Positions 48,033-60,615 of a stretch of 64,000 bases of DNA are shown here, one piece after another. The notes below the pieces were generated by a model. It searched no databases, was not told the origin of the DNA, and saw only the letters and a program-made list of their open reading frames with translations. Source of the stretch: Callorhinchus milii (Eukaryota); the NCBI RefSeq assembly GCF_018977255.1, contig NW_024704743.1:68512001-68576000 (forward strand), given 5' to 3'. Numbering within the stretch: the first letter of the stretch is position 1; each line of letters begins with the position of its first letter. Both the position numbers and the translations under genes were made by a program.

Positions 48033-49464
48033 CATGCTACATGATATGCTATAATGATCAACCTCATGGAGGTTACAAACCATCAATATTCCCAACACAT
48101 ACAAGTCAAGATAATGCCTCTTCAGCTACACTGTTGAGGTCTTATTACGATGGTTATTTGGAATGTTAAAGGGTAAGGGGAGGGAGCAGGAAAGTGGGAT
48201 TAGGAAAACACCAGAGCTGTGCTGTAGCATTCAATGAATCCATTAGTAACTATTCATACTTCACTCACGGGGTTTGACATCCCTTGAATAGACTGCCGCT
48301 TTGAAATCCTATTATATTCTGTTAAATAGACGTTTGGTCCCTTGATATTCTGCTGTTCAAGTTACCATTACATTATTTATGTGTTAACATGGTCCATTGC
48401 AGTAAGTCAAGGTGAGGAAATAATGGTCTCCAAAAAGATGTGGGAACAAGATTGAAAGTGAGAAAAAGATTAAAACATAATGCTATTTGGTCCAACTTGA
48501 GACATATTCCTTCTGGCGTTCTTGTGCATTGCTCAGGGTTAGTACTTATTTTCCATATCATGCGTCACTTCTTAACGACAGAATTTCTGTGTTAAGCAAA
48601 GGGATTTTTAATTATTTTAAATAAAACAGTTAATCCTCAAAATGGAGTGTCTGAATCAATTTAAACTTTCACCCACAAAACATATAGTCAAACCACTTTA
48701 CAATATATCCTGTTAAGCGCTTCGAGATATCTCGACAACATTCAAAATTCGAGGATTATCATTAGTATTAGTTAATTGAAAGTGAAAGTCTTAATTTCAA
48801 TGCTGATTTTAAGAGCTACAGAAATTAAAATGAATTTAAGAACTTTCTAACATTCGGCACATTCTTACATTTCAAACAAACGATCTTAACGCTGAAACCA
48901 TGAGAAATTTCAGGCTTCTAAACTGAAATAACCAGCTAGCTTAAGAACACTTGTAATATGACTTCTTACAAATTCATGTGAAAAGAGTTCTTTCTCCATA
49001 TCTAAATAGATTCACAAATGTTAGAATAGTGATTGATGCAATTTAACATTTTAAACAGCCAATAGTTCCGAGTGTATGTGTGTTAAATCCATGCTGATAA
49101 TGGCAGGTTTAATATTGTCAAGTATTGATTAAACAGTAACCGCTGTTTGTGGATGCTACGGAGTGCTCAATAAATCTTTTATCACTGTAATTTAACAAAA
49201 CATTTCGTAGACATTATAATTTGCCCTGAAGGTAAACATAACAACCAATTATAAATTGTTTTCTTTTTCAATTAAATTTTTAGTGATTACTTGCNTTTTT
49301 TTCTGTCAATCAAAATATCACAAAACCTTTTGTAAATGGACTAAAGCTTGTAAACATCTTGTATATGTTCCAGTTAGTGACCAGAATATCATGATTTTTT
49401 TTTACACCACAATCCAAAGTAAGGTCTTTACTTTGAAATACAATCAAGGTAAACCAAAATATAT

Positions 49465-49670
49465 TTAATAATAAATAATAAGCCTTGCATTTGATACAAT
49501 GCCTTTCATGTCTGAAGGGCATCTCAAAGCACTTTATTTTGAAGTAATCGTGTGATCTGAAGCCGAACCCAATTTGTGCACTGCAGTATCCCACAAACAG
49601 CCATGAAATGAAAGATTAATTTTATCTGGGGGATCACTGGGCAGGATCCTGGGAGAAACTCCTCGCTACT
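49465..49670 (-). mobile_element. Old SINE 3' half
   Basis: CCTTGCATTTGATA...CCCACAAACAGCCATGAA...GGGAGAAACTCC. Confidence 0.7.
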
Positions 49671-50914
49671 AATGCAATCTCCTCCAGCCCTGTTCTCCCA
49701 CCCTTGCCTTCCATTCTTTTGATTCTTATTGACTGCTTGCTTCTTACTCCCCCTGTCCCACCATTGGTAGGCAAGCATTCAGGCCCTAAGCATTCTGAGA
49801 TGCTACCTCGCAAGAACGGTGCTATGTTTATGCAAGTTGTTGTGTTGTATGCCCTTGCTCTCTCGCAAGTAAGGAATTCTCACAAAATTCTTTGGTGTGC
49901 CCTCTTAAAAATGTACCTGTTTGACAGTGCATTTTGACAATGCCTGAAACCTTGTCAGCCTTCTTCTATCTGTTTGGAGCACCATCGTCTCTGAAGCACT
50001 TTGAGCCATTCATCCTACAACCACAACAACAATAACATTTATATAGAGCCCTATGTGCAAGGTGTGGTAAGAGTGCAAGGTTCTGATATTGCAAACCTTA
50101 GCTTAGTACTGTAGTATTTGACAGAAAGATGGCTTCAAAGTATACTCAACTATTTAAATACAATCTCTCTAAACTATGTAAGATCAGATACTAATGGAAA
50201 TTAGCAAATGGTTGATGCCGTTTCTCATATGTGGCTTGTGGGTATTTTACGATGTGAATCAAAAGTTACCAATATGTTGTTTTACATTATGCACTTTGAA
50301 ATCAAGTCTTGCATCTTGGCTTTCCTTTGAGTTTGGGAGGCTAAGTCAACCAGATGTAATTGGAAACATAAAACCAAACATTTTAGTCTCTGACTAAAAG
50401 AATGTGAATTACGTAAACAGAACTCCGCTCGTACAGTGGGAGCGAGACAAGTACCCTGAAAGCGTGGAGCTTCAACATCACTTTGTCCTCGAGCAGCTAA
50501 ACTGCAACGTTCTGAGCGCTTAGAAAATCAACATAAGGACACATCACCATGTGAGAGAAAAATTAAGACTGTTGCACTATCTCTAAAATCTACAGTAAAT
50601 TTAATTTCTCTTTTCTCATTTTTTTAAACATTGTGTCCCCTGATATAATAGCTCCTATGTGATGCCTGCTCTTTGATATATATATATGTAAAAAGCCAAT
50701 TTAGCCTTTTTGTTTAGAGTGGTCCACACACAAAGGTTCAAAATAGTTTTGCTCAAAATGCATTGTAGAACTGTGATGTTATAATAAATGATGAATAATA
50801 ATCCCTGCATTCCACACAGCACCTTTCAGATTGGGAGGATGTATAAAAATACTTCACGGGATTCACTATAAAGTGTAGTGTCTGTATTTTTTTGGTACAC
50901 TCCACCTCATGGAG

Positions 50915-51582
50915 ACACTGAGGAACCTTTTTTTTCGACTCTCGGATCTCCTTTAAATTCCACACCTGTGTTCTGACCCGTTCAGCTTTCCCCCACCTCC
51001 GCAACATTGCTGACCTCCACGCTACCTCTTCCCTCGAGCTACTAAGACCCTTATCCATGCATTCAGCACATCCAGGCTAGACTACACCAACTCTCTGCTC
51101 ACCAGACTTCCCAACTCTTTTCTCCGCAAGCTGAAGACTATCCAGAACTTTGCAGGTCATGTCCTTTCCCATTTTAGACTCCGTGAGCCTATCATCCCAC
51201 TCTTCATCCGACTCCGCTGGCTCCCCATCCCCCAGAGGATTGAGGTCAAGATCCTCATCCTCACTTTTAAATCCCTCCATGGTCCTATTTCCTATTTCAA
51301 ATACCTCGCCGTGGCTCCCTCCCCTCAGTTGGGTTTTTGGCCTATCTGCCCCCATTCGGTGGAACTTCACCCCAGAGTCCCTTCACCTCATCCCTTCACT
51401 TGCCTCATTCAAGGTCCATCTCAAGATCTTCCTTTTTGACTGTGCCTTTGGTCATCTTACCCTAATTGCCCCCCGACCCCATCTAAATGCAACCACTATC
51501 TTGGTTTGCATACCCTTGACTTTCCAACACCTTGGATCATCCTCTGGGTATGAAAGGTGCTGTATGACTTTGTTTGTTTGTT
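50915..51582 (+). mobile_element. Old L2 3' fragment
   Basis: HLRNIA, SRLDYTNSLL, WLPIPQRIEVKILIL and SLASFKVHLKIFLFDCAF remnants. Confidence 0.88.
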
Positions 51583-52118
51583 AGCTGATCACAGCAACCA
51601 ATTTTGTGTAGCAAACCGCCAAGTGATGAAGTGAATTGCTGATATTTGGGTACATTGTTGGCCTGAACACCTGGAAAAATTCCCCTTCTCTTTTTGAACA
51701 ATATTACTGAAATGACCTGCTGCTCCCAAAGCCTTTTAAACTAGAAACTTATAACAACAACTTGCATTTATATAACACGCTTCAAGTGAGTAGCGTCTCA
51801 ACGGTGTGGCTTGACATTGAGCTGGAAAGAGGGGAAGTGACTGAAGGCATGCTCGAAGAGGAAAGTCTTCTGGTGTGATTTGAAGATAGGGTAAGAGGGA
51901 GTGAGACACGTGGATTGAGGCAAGGAATTCTATAGTTTATTGCGTTAATTGGTTACTGAGGAGATGGTTGGATACAAGCTTTGGATTCTGACTTGGAATA
52001 ATATTAAAAATGCTTTTCATTGGTTTTGTTTCCAAAATACCTCATCCTCAGTTTGTCTAAACTGTAAAAGGCCTTCAATACAATAGTGATCATGATACAT
52101 GGTTAAAATAATATCCTG

Positions 52119-52485
52119 TGGAGTCCTGTAGCATTTTGGTTAGAGCACTCGCCGCCTCGCAAGCGAGAGGACCTGGGTTTGATTCATGGGCAGGGTGAAA
52201 AGTTAGACAAGTTTCCTTACTCCACACACCTCTGTTTACCTACCACTAAGTAGGAAACCGGTTGTTAGTCGAATGACGGATTGCTTTTCCAAGGGTAATC
52301 CCTTCAAAAAAAATTTTTTAATAATAACTTGGTCACTCAATCCACGACTGTGGGACACTGCTGCGTGCAATTCACTGCTGCTTTTCACCCACAAAATATA
52401 CAGTCAATTTACAGTATATTCTGTGAAGCGCTTTGAGACGTTTCAAAATGTTATAAGGCGCTATATTAAATGCGAGTATTATTAT
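52119..52485 (+). mobile_element. Young tRNA SINE, long form, full length; an opposite-strand SINE tail follows directly (to ~52590)
   Basis: TGGAGTCCTGTAGC head, long-form internal segment, tail. Confidence 0.92.
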
Positions 52486-53731
52486 CCTTGCATTTGATAT
52501 AACACCTTATCACATTGTAGAAGCATCTCAGAGCCCCTTACAGGATTCAAAGTCGAGTGTGGTGACAGTATTTTGTAGGCGAATGCAGCATTGTCATAGC
52601 GACAACGTCAATTCTGTTTATCTTTAAGTTCCTTCAAGCTGCTGTTTGTTACAATATATGTTAAGAGTACAAAATACTGCAAGTTCAGATCTTAACCTAT
52701 TGGTGCAGTCGGTTCGAGTGCCTACAGTGAGTATGCACCCGCATTGGAACAACCATCTGAAAATCAACCTGCCTCATGCTCCTATTGATCCATCCACAGT
52801 GCAGCCTGTGAAGGGCTTTAAGACATCCTTTTGACATTAAATCCTATATCAAATGTAAGGATTATTATTATTATTGTTACACTGACTGCTTCTTGTTTCT
52901 GTAGTAAATCAGTTTCATAAAGGAGGATGCCAAAGTAACTTAACTGCAGTAGGAAATCGGTTTGTTTTGTTGACCTGCAGTGTACCAAGGTGAACTGAAT
53001 TGATTTGATCTGACACACTTTACAGAGGAAATTTTTTTGATGTGGTTGTTTTCTGTAATGTTCTCTTCTTAGCAGGACCTTAGCACTGCAAACAAAAAAG
53101 TAGGTTGTACAATTACAATTTCAATTTGCTTTTATAGAGGGCCTTTAATGTTGGGCAGATGTCTCAAAGCACTTCAAACAGATGACTGGAAAGGAGTGAG
53201 AGTCTGGGAGGTGGGGGGAAGATAGCCGAAAGCATGGTCAAAAGAAGGGAAGCGGAAGAAAGTTGAGGAGATTGGAGGGACTCAGTGGATTGAAAGTGTG
53301 GTTGAAAAGGTCAGTCCTAATGTGGGTTTTGAAGGCATGGAGGGAAGGGGCAAAGTGGAGGGATTCCAGGATGGTTCCAGAACGGGGGCTGAATGGCTGA
53401 GAGCTTGCCCACTGATATGGTGAGTCAGGCGGAAAGATGAAGCAGGGTGGGGGAAATTAAGTAGAGCAGTGTTTGATCAGTGGCAGGAGCAGTCTGAGCA
53501 GTCGGTTGCAGTGAGGTCAACAACAACAAATTAAATTTATATGGCACCTTTCACATCGGAGGACGTCCCAAGATGCTGGACAGTTGACAGTTTCCACCCG
53601 AGTTGGATTCATTTGGGGGTGGGGGGGGGGGGGTAATAAAGTGGTCTTGATAAAATGGAGATGGATATTTTGTGGGATTTAATTAGGAGCTGCTTTTTGA
53701 TGTACAGTTACAATGCTCCTAGACGCTACTG

Positions 53732-53953
53732 GGGCAAGTTTCCTTACTCCACATGCCTAATAATAATCCCTCAAAAAAAAAATTGGTCACTTTCAATCCA
53801 TGACTGTTTGTGGGACATTGCTGTGCGCAATTGGCTGCCACGTTCGCCTACAAATGTACAGTCAATTCACTTTACAGTATATTCTGTGAAGCGCTTTGGG
53901 ACGTCCTCCCGACGTGAAAAGCGCTATATCAAATGCAAGGATTATTATTATTA
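53732..53953 (+). mobile_element. 5'-truncated young SINE, short form
   Basis: GGGCAAGTTTCCTTACTCCACATGCCTAATAATAATCCC...AAATGCAAGG(ATT)n. Confidence 0.92.
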
Positions 53954-55135
53954 CTGTGCGTGAAGAACACTATATAAATGCATGTTGCTGTTATTGTTGA
54001 TCTGGGAGAAGTTTGACAAAATGCTGTGAAGTAGTCTTTAACCCTTCTGAGATTAAAGGAAACGAGAACTAAGGTTCTATCTTCTTTTAGACAAAAAATA
54101 CATTTCACGGTTCTTGCCCCCTAAAGGGCAAAAAAAATTGCTGTGATGGGTCTCCATTTGAATTAAAGAGAGGGGTGAATAATTGGTGCTGTGTGGGTGT
54201 AAGTCTAGTGTAAAATAGTTGACTTGTGGAATTCACAATGCAATTTACAGCTTCAAATATTTTGCATTCCATTGTTGTGAGTGATCCTCTGGGGAACGAG
54301 TGTTAAATTGTTGGGGATAGAGTTTGTTTTCTCTACCGAGGCTGTTTAGAATGAGAAGTACTTTATGTTCTTCTTCTGGAGTTCTTGTGCCACACAGGCA
54401 CCAACTAAATTGGGAGATTTGCTAAAGCCCTGGATGGCTTGTGACCAAAGCTGTGGAACACCGATTTCTGCGATTGGAGGAATGAGAACTGAGGTTTTAT
54501 CTTTTTTTAAAAAATCAAAAGTATTTGTCATTTAAAGAACAAAGGACCATGACAGGACTCGGGGGTGGGGGGGGGGGGGTGCGATATGATATTGTCTCTT
54601 GTAAACCTTTTGAAAGTTGAATAACTGATGACACTCCAGAATCTTTGACCTTGCTTTTGGTTAACACCCTTAAAATTAGCCTTCCTTTCCTCCCTGTTCC
54701 CTATAGTCCTTGTGATGTGCTTTGAGACATTAATCCTACATGAAAGGCATTATGTAAGTGAAAGTTGTTGTTCAAGGTTAAACAGGAACACTTTAGCATG
54801 CAGCAAGATGTAAATATTTTTGAGTTAAACAGTAATTTTTTATTATAAGTTCTCTTGGGATTTGTAAAATTCTGAAAATATTAATATAAGAAACATCTTG
54901 TGGTTTGTTAATGTGTTGAATAATCAGTGTGTACGTGTTTTTGGGGGGAGAACGAGGAGGGTTTTCTTCCTGTCTCAGACCCTATACAACAGTGTGTTTT
55001 AGTAAGCTTGTATACAGCTCATATTGGTAGGTTCTAAAGCCAGTGCTACGAAGGAAACACACTATTGCAATACTGTAGAACAGCAGCAATGTCTGATTAC
55101 TGACGCATGGCTTTTGTTCAAAAATGTAATGAATA

Positions 55136-55825
55136 ATAATAATCCTTAATAATAATCCTTACATTTGACATAGCGTATGTTGGAAGGATGTTCCGAAGCG
55201 CTTCACAGGATATGCGCCACCAGAGGACACGGCCTGCGATTGAAGGCGGGTAAATTCAGAACAAATCTACGCAAACAATATTTCAGTGAGGGAATAGTGA
55301 ACGTGTGGAACAGGCTCCCTAGGGAGACGGTTGAAGCAGGTGTCTTTCAAACACAGATTAGATAGTTTTCTTTTAAGATATAACATTATGGGATATAGTA
55401 CATAGGTAGTTTGGGACATATGTGCATGCGACCCCCAGGAAGGTGGAAAACAAACTAAATGGGCCTTGGTCTTTTTTTCGTCTAGCATTTTTTATGTTCT
55501 TATGCTGTAAAGTGGAGTGAATGTATTTTGTGCACAGCAATGCCTACAAATAGGCATGAAGTGAATGACCAATTTTACTTGGAGGATTGCTGGCCAGGAC
55601 ATTGGGAGAAACTCCCTTTTCTTTTCAAATAGTGCCATTGGATCTTCAACATCCACCTGCACAGACAGGTTTAACATCTTATCACTTTGGATAAGACCAC
55701 GCTGCAGCACATCCCTCGTGTCACTGCCAGTTTTCATTATATGAGTTCCGAGTCCAGACATAGAGCTTGAATCCACAACCTTCTGATTCAGAGACGAGTG
55801 TACTACCAAATGAGATGGCCTGACA
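55136..55825 (-). mobile_element. Older SacSINE1-like SINE interrupted by a CR1 3' fragment
   Basis: Tail at 55136-55215 and body/head at 55501-55825 join seamlessly once the insert is removed. Confidence 0.8.
55216..55505 (+). mobile_element. Short 5'-truncated CR1 3' end
   Basis: TRGHGLRLKAGKFRTNLRKQYFSEGIVNVWNRLP, ending TTTTATGTTCTTATG. Confidence 0.88.
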
Positions 55826-57288
55826 CAGCAGTGAACACCTGATTGAGAACTTTTCTTCGCATATTTATTCGAAACAGTGAAAAGGTTGCACACCACAGTG
55901 ATCAATGAGCCAAAGCTTTAAGAATCTCAGTTTTTTACTTTCAGTTAAGCCACACATAACTGATTTACTGAAGCTTGTGGTGTATTAAGATATTTGATAT
56001 TGATGGTCATGCTAAACTACAAAAGGTCTCAGTTTCTTAAACGCATCAGAAGCTTCCCTGTATATACTGCATGTGGTAAATAATTTTGTATTTGTGAGGC
56101 TCATGTAAGGACTTGAGCTCACAGTCTAGGCTAACCCTGTACTACACAGGGAGAGGGCTGGGCTGCTAGTTGGTGCCATCTTTTCAATGAAATGTTGCAA
56201 CCAAGATCCTCTCAGCCTATTTTGATAATGATCTTTGATCACGATATAGCTCATTTCATATCAGGAGGACGCTTCAAAGGATTTACTATAAAGTGTAGTG
56301 ACTGTGTATTTTTCAAGCGAATTTACCTGTTTTCAGGTGGACGTCAAAGATCCTGCGTTTGTGTTCAGAAGGAAAAGGAAATTTCCTGCAGTATCCTGCC
56401 AGTAACCCTTGGTCATATTGTTTATTCACCTCATTGCTGCTTGGAGACTTTCTTGGACTATCCTGTTTACCTGCAAAGAATGACCACACCTCACAGTGGT
56501 GTAGCAGCTTTTTTCCATGTCCAGTTCAATGTGAAGAGCTGAGCCAATGCCTGGAATCCATTGTGTCACGCCATAGCTAAGCACTCCGAGGTGCTGCCCT
56601 GGATGAAGGGCACTATATAAATGCAAGTTGTTGCCAATTTGTGATTTGGATGGGTAATATTGACACTGATTTGTCCTTTGTTTTTTATTTCTTTTGTTAA
56701 AAAAGCTCAACAATGAGAATTATTTTTACTTGATTCAGAGAAAAACCCACAAATATCTATTGATATAATTTTTTTTTAAAAATGAGAAACCAGTAATCCT
56801 AGACATGATTCAAATGTTGTGAGTCAATTGTGAATCTAACTGCTTGTATAAATGGACAACATGCCAGGAGAAAAAGATGTCTGTAGCAGTTTTAATATGT
56901 TTTGATGTGATAAGGCAATATAAACATGTAAATTATTTTTCTACATTCGTCAATGTATCTATATGGAATGGTGTTATGCATATTTTCCTTGTGATTCCCA
57001 TTGTAGTAACCCTCAAATTTCAGCTGTGTCAGTGGAAGATATGGCTCCTGGACTCCTATACCTATGTCATTCTGGCTTAGTTGGTAGCACTCCCGTCTCT
57101 GAGTCAGAACTTTGTGGGTTAAAGCTCCTGGCCAGGTCTAATGCTCGGAAACTATTTTGCGTCATATTTTACATCAGTGCCACTTTTTGTACTTGAGTCA
57201 ATATCCTCAGGTAAAGGGATAATAATAATTATTATTATTCCTTCTGACTCAGAGGTAAGAGTGCTACCAACTGATCCTGGCTGACACC

Positions 57289-57575
57289 ATAATATAATAA
57301 TCCTTGAATTTGATCTAGCGCCTTATATTGAGATGTCTCAAAGCACTTTGCAGAATATATTGTAAATGTATATTGACTGTGTATTTTGTGGGTGAAAGGC
57401 AGCAACCAATTACGCCCAGCAGTGTCCCACAAACAGTTGTGGATTGAGTGACCACATTTTTTTTGGAGGGATTATTAAAAAAGCGATCTGCCAATCGACT
57501 AACAACTGGGTTCCTGCTTACTGCTCGATAAACAAAGTAGTGTGGAGTAAGGAAACTTGCTTAAAGTTTTGCCCC
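57289..57575 (-). mobile_element. Young SINE, long form, lacking the tRNA head
   Basis: Contains the long-form segment (CAATCGACTAACAACTGGGTTCCT on +) and the tail. Confidence 0.88.
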
Positions 57576-58291
57576 ACATGTATGTACATGTATCTGTAGG
57601 AATAATGTACCAGTAGGATATAAGTTATTTATTTGGGTCTAGTAATGTACACCAGTCACCTGAATGTCAGAGCCCCAGCATTGAGCTTATGCAGGAGCAT
57701 GGGACTTCATGCCTTACAAACAGGTGTGTCAGTGCCATGTTATGTTGAGAAATGATGGAGTGCAGTACAGGCTGCACTGGCTGCTGCATGTGACGTGTTT
57801 GCAGTATTTTGTATTTAGGATTATCATTGGATTTTTGCACCGAAGTCAGCCATTCAGCCCATCATGCCAGAGCTCGGACTCCGTTAAATCTCTTCTCACA
57901 AGTTTGCGCTGAAAGATGAATATCTTAGGAACCTACTACAGCTCTTAGAGGCCACTTCAAACAACAGCAGAAAGGAGGCTTTAGAAGTAGTTTTCCTACC
58001 TGTCCTTTGGCAAATGATGTACAGGAACAAACTGGTTAAAACTGAAGCATCACCTGAAGCTATTGTAAAACAATGGTTACCAGGAAATGATGGCTTCTGC
58101 ATTTATTTTAAACAAATCAAACTGAATGACATTTTGGGACTGATGGGACCACTGACAAGTATTGTGTACCTGACCATAGCCTGTCAGCCCTGTTTTTTCT
58201 CACCGTATATTTTCATGTAACCTGCTGAAATACATTATATGGAGATTTGCACTTTTTTTAAAAAAACAAATCTTATAAATAACTTGTGGAT

Positions 58292-58370
58292 TGTGGTACT
58301 GAACCAGACAGACAAGTTAGGTTTGATGTTTGACTGTGCTGAATTAACCTGTGTCTGACAGCAGTTGTGT
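58292..58370 (+). mobile_element. Possible LF-SINE-like remnant
   Basis: GTGGTACTGAACCAGACAGAC...AGGTTTGAT...CTGTGCTGAATTA resembles recalled LF-SINE-like heads. Confidence 0.35.
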
Positions 58371-59224
58371 GTGCGTGGGAGGAGGGGGGGCTGTGGGAAG
58401 GTCTCACTCCTTATTGCAGTGTGCATGTGAATTTTTTGGGTTAAGAGTTTGAGAAGGTGAGGGACCAACTTTCAGTACAGGATGTTATTAAGGTTAATTA
58501 TAATCCGTGCATTTTCATATAGCACTAGTTTTATTTCCACAGCAGTTAAAATAGTAATTACTCTAATTCAGAAACAGTATACCTACATAGTTTATTTGAA
58601 AAATACAAAAATAACAGTACATTGCATCTTATTGCCTTAAGGTGAAAACTTTCGCACTTGAGTCATAAAGCTACTTAATTGTGTACAGTTGAATTTTGTT
58701 TTGCCCAACACGTTAATCTTTGTAGGTATGACCAAATTGGGGGATAGTGATAATTTGTAATTTTATCTTGCCTTATCAAATATCTAATAATATTTCTAAT
58801 AAATTATAAAATATCTAATAAATATCTAATAATCAAGATCCTCGTCCTCACCTTTAAGGCCATATATAATATGAGGAAGTTCAATTCTCAGATACCAGTG
58901 AAACTAAGGGATATTTTCTGTTAAACAAATACAGTATAACTGATGCCAATGGTTGTATCAAAGAATGGAATGTTTTAAGTTTGCAAATGATTCCAAGTTA
59001 CGTGGGAAAACAAGATATTTTGAGGAAAGTGGTGAATTTCATTGGGTTCTGCATGGATTTAAAAATTGTGTCAATGAATCGTAAATTAAATTGAACCCTT
59101 TTAACACTGCATACATTGATTCCTCCGAATGCTGTTGGGATCCTGGGCCACTGACAAGTCTACTCTTTAGGCAAATGAATGCAGAAAAGATTGAACTAGT
59201 TTGCATATGTTATACCCTGTTAAT

Positions 59225-59745
59225 AGAACCATAGAGATTTACAGCACAGGAGGCCATTCATCTTATACTGTACCTGTGGTGACTCTCTCTAAGATTGTCC
59301 ATTTAGTCCAATTCGTCTGCCTCTTTCCCAGAGCTTTTATGTTTCTCCTTTCAGGTATGTTCTAATTAACAGAAAAGAACTGGCTTTAAACTTTTCTTTT
59401 GTAAAATTAATCTGCAGTTAGGAGCATTAGATTGGGTAGTTTTTTTTACAAAGTGCCTGGGAGTGAAACCGGACAAAAAGGTAAGCACTGAAATGCTTAA
59501 TATTTGAACAAATTTGTAACTTGAGAGTTTAGGAGGAATTTCTTTGCACAGAGAATGGTGAGAACGTGGCCAGAGACTATGGTTGAAATAGAAAACATGA
59601 ATGAATTTAAGAGGAAATTCAATGTAGAGAAAGTGGAATAGAGAGATATAGTTGCCTGGGAGGGTGGGGCGGGGGGTGGGGGGGGACTCATATATAAACA
59701 CTGACACGGACTGATGGCCTGTTATGGTGCGGTACAGTCTATTTC
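59225..59745. mobile_element. Two old CR1 3' remnants in opposite orientation (59225-59365 minus, 59520-59745 plus)
   Basis: RRNFFAQRMVRTW remnant and ATAAACACTGACACGGAC..TGGCCTGTT tail. ATAGAACCATAGAGATTTACAGCACAGGAGGCCATTC is an antisense tail. Confidence 0.6.
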
Positions 59746-60349
59746 AGTCTGTGTAATTTGTAAAAGTGGAGAAGAAACTAAAACTGGTCAGTCCAAGGAG
59801 GCAGGAGTTTCCCTGGACATCTTGGCCTTCTAAAGGCAAATACTGAAAATTGAGTGATGCATCCTGGCACTGAAAATAAGAGGTGTAATTGCAAAATCGA
59901 TATCATTGTGATGAAACCACATGAGTCAAGAAACAAGATAAAGTGAAGTGACTGTGTATTTGTAGGCAAACATACACAAACTAAACTCAATTAAAGATAA
60001 GGCTTAACTTCTAAATTCTTGCAACAGACTAGATGGTACCCAGCGCAATTAACACTGACTCAATCGAATGCTCATCCAAGGAAGTGATACCTGTAAAAAA
60101 AAATGGTAGAGAATCTGTGAACTCATACAATGTAAGGTGTGGTCACCAAGTCTAAAGATAGTGTAAAGAATTCCGAGAAGGGTGATATTTATCTCTCTGG
60201 ATTTCAGATCGTTAAGCTGTCAATTACGCAGTAAAAGGAAATAATTATTTGTTTCAAATGATAAACGGGAAATGAGCCTAATATTTTTTTAAAAAGAAAA
60301 TGTTTGATATTGTTGATCCAAAAGATGTATTGCACAAAGCCAGAGCTGA

Positions 60350-60615
60350 TGAGTTTGGATGAGACGTTAAAGTGCGGCCCAGTCTGTCTGTTCAGGTGAT
60401 GTTAAAGATCCAATGGCATTACTCGAAAAAAGAAATCAACAATTGGCCAACAATCCCCAAATGAAATTAGTCATTTGTTCATGGCTGTTGATGTGTGCAG
60501 ATTGGCTGCCGTGTTTACCCACAAAATAGTCACTATACAGTAAATCTTGTGAAGCACTTTGAGACATCCTCCTGACTTCAAATTCACTGTATAAAATGCA
60601 AGGATTATTATTATT
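60350..60615 (+). mobile_element. Old SacSINE1-like SINE, 5'-truncated
   Basis: TTTGGATGAGACGTTAAA...CTGTTCAGGTGATGTTAAAGATCC...AAATGCAAGG(ATT)n. Confidence 0.82.

Noticed and set aside
49295..49295. Single N base
   Set aside because: Assembly ambiguity, not a biological feature.
57888..58220. About 110-codon stop-free stretch on the + strand
   Set aside because: No recognisable domain and no convincing splice sites; compatible with chance.
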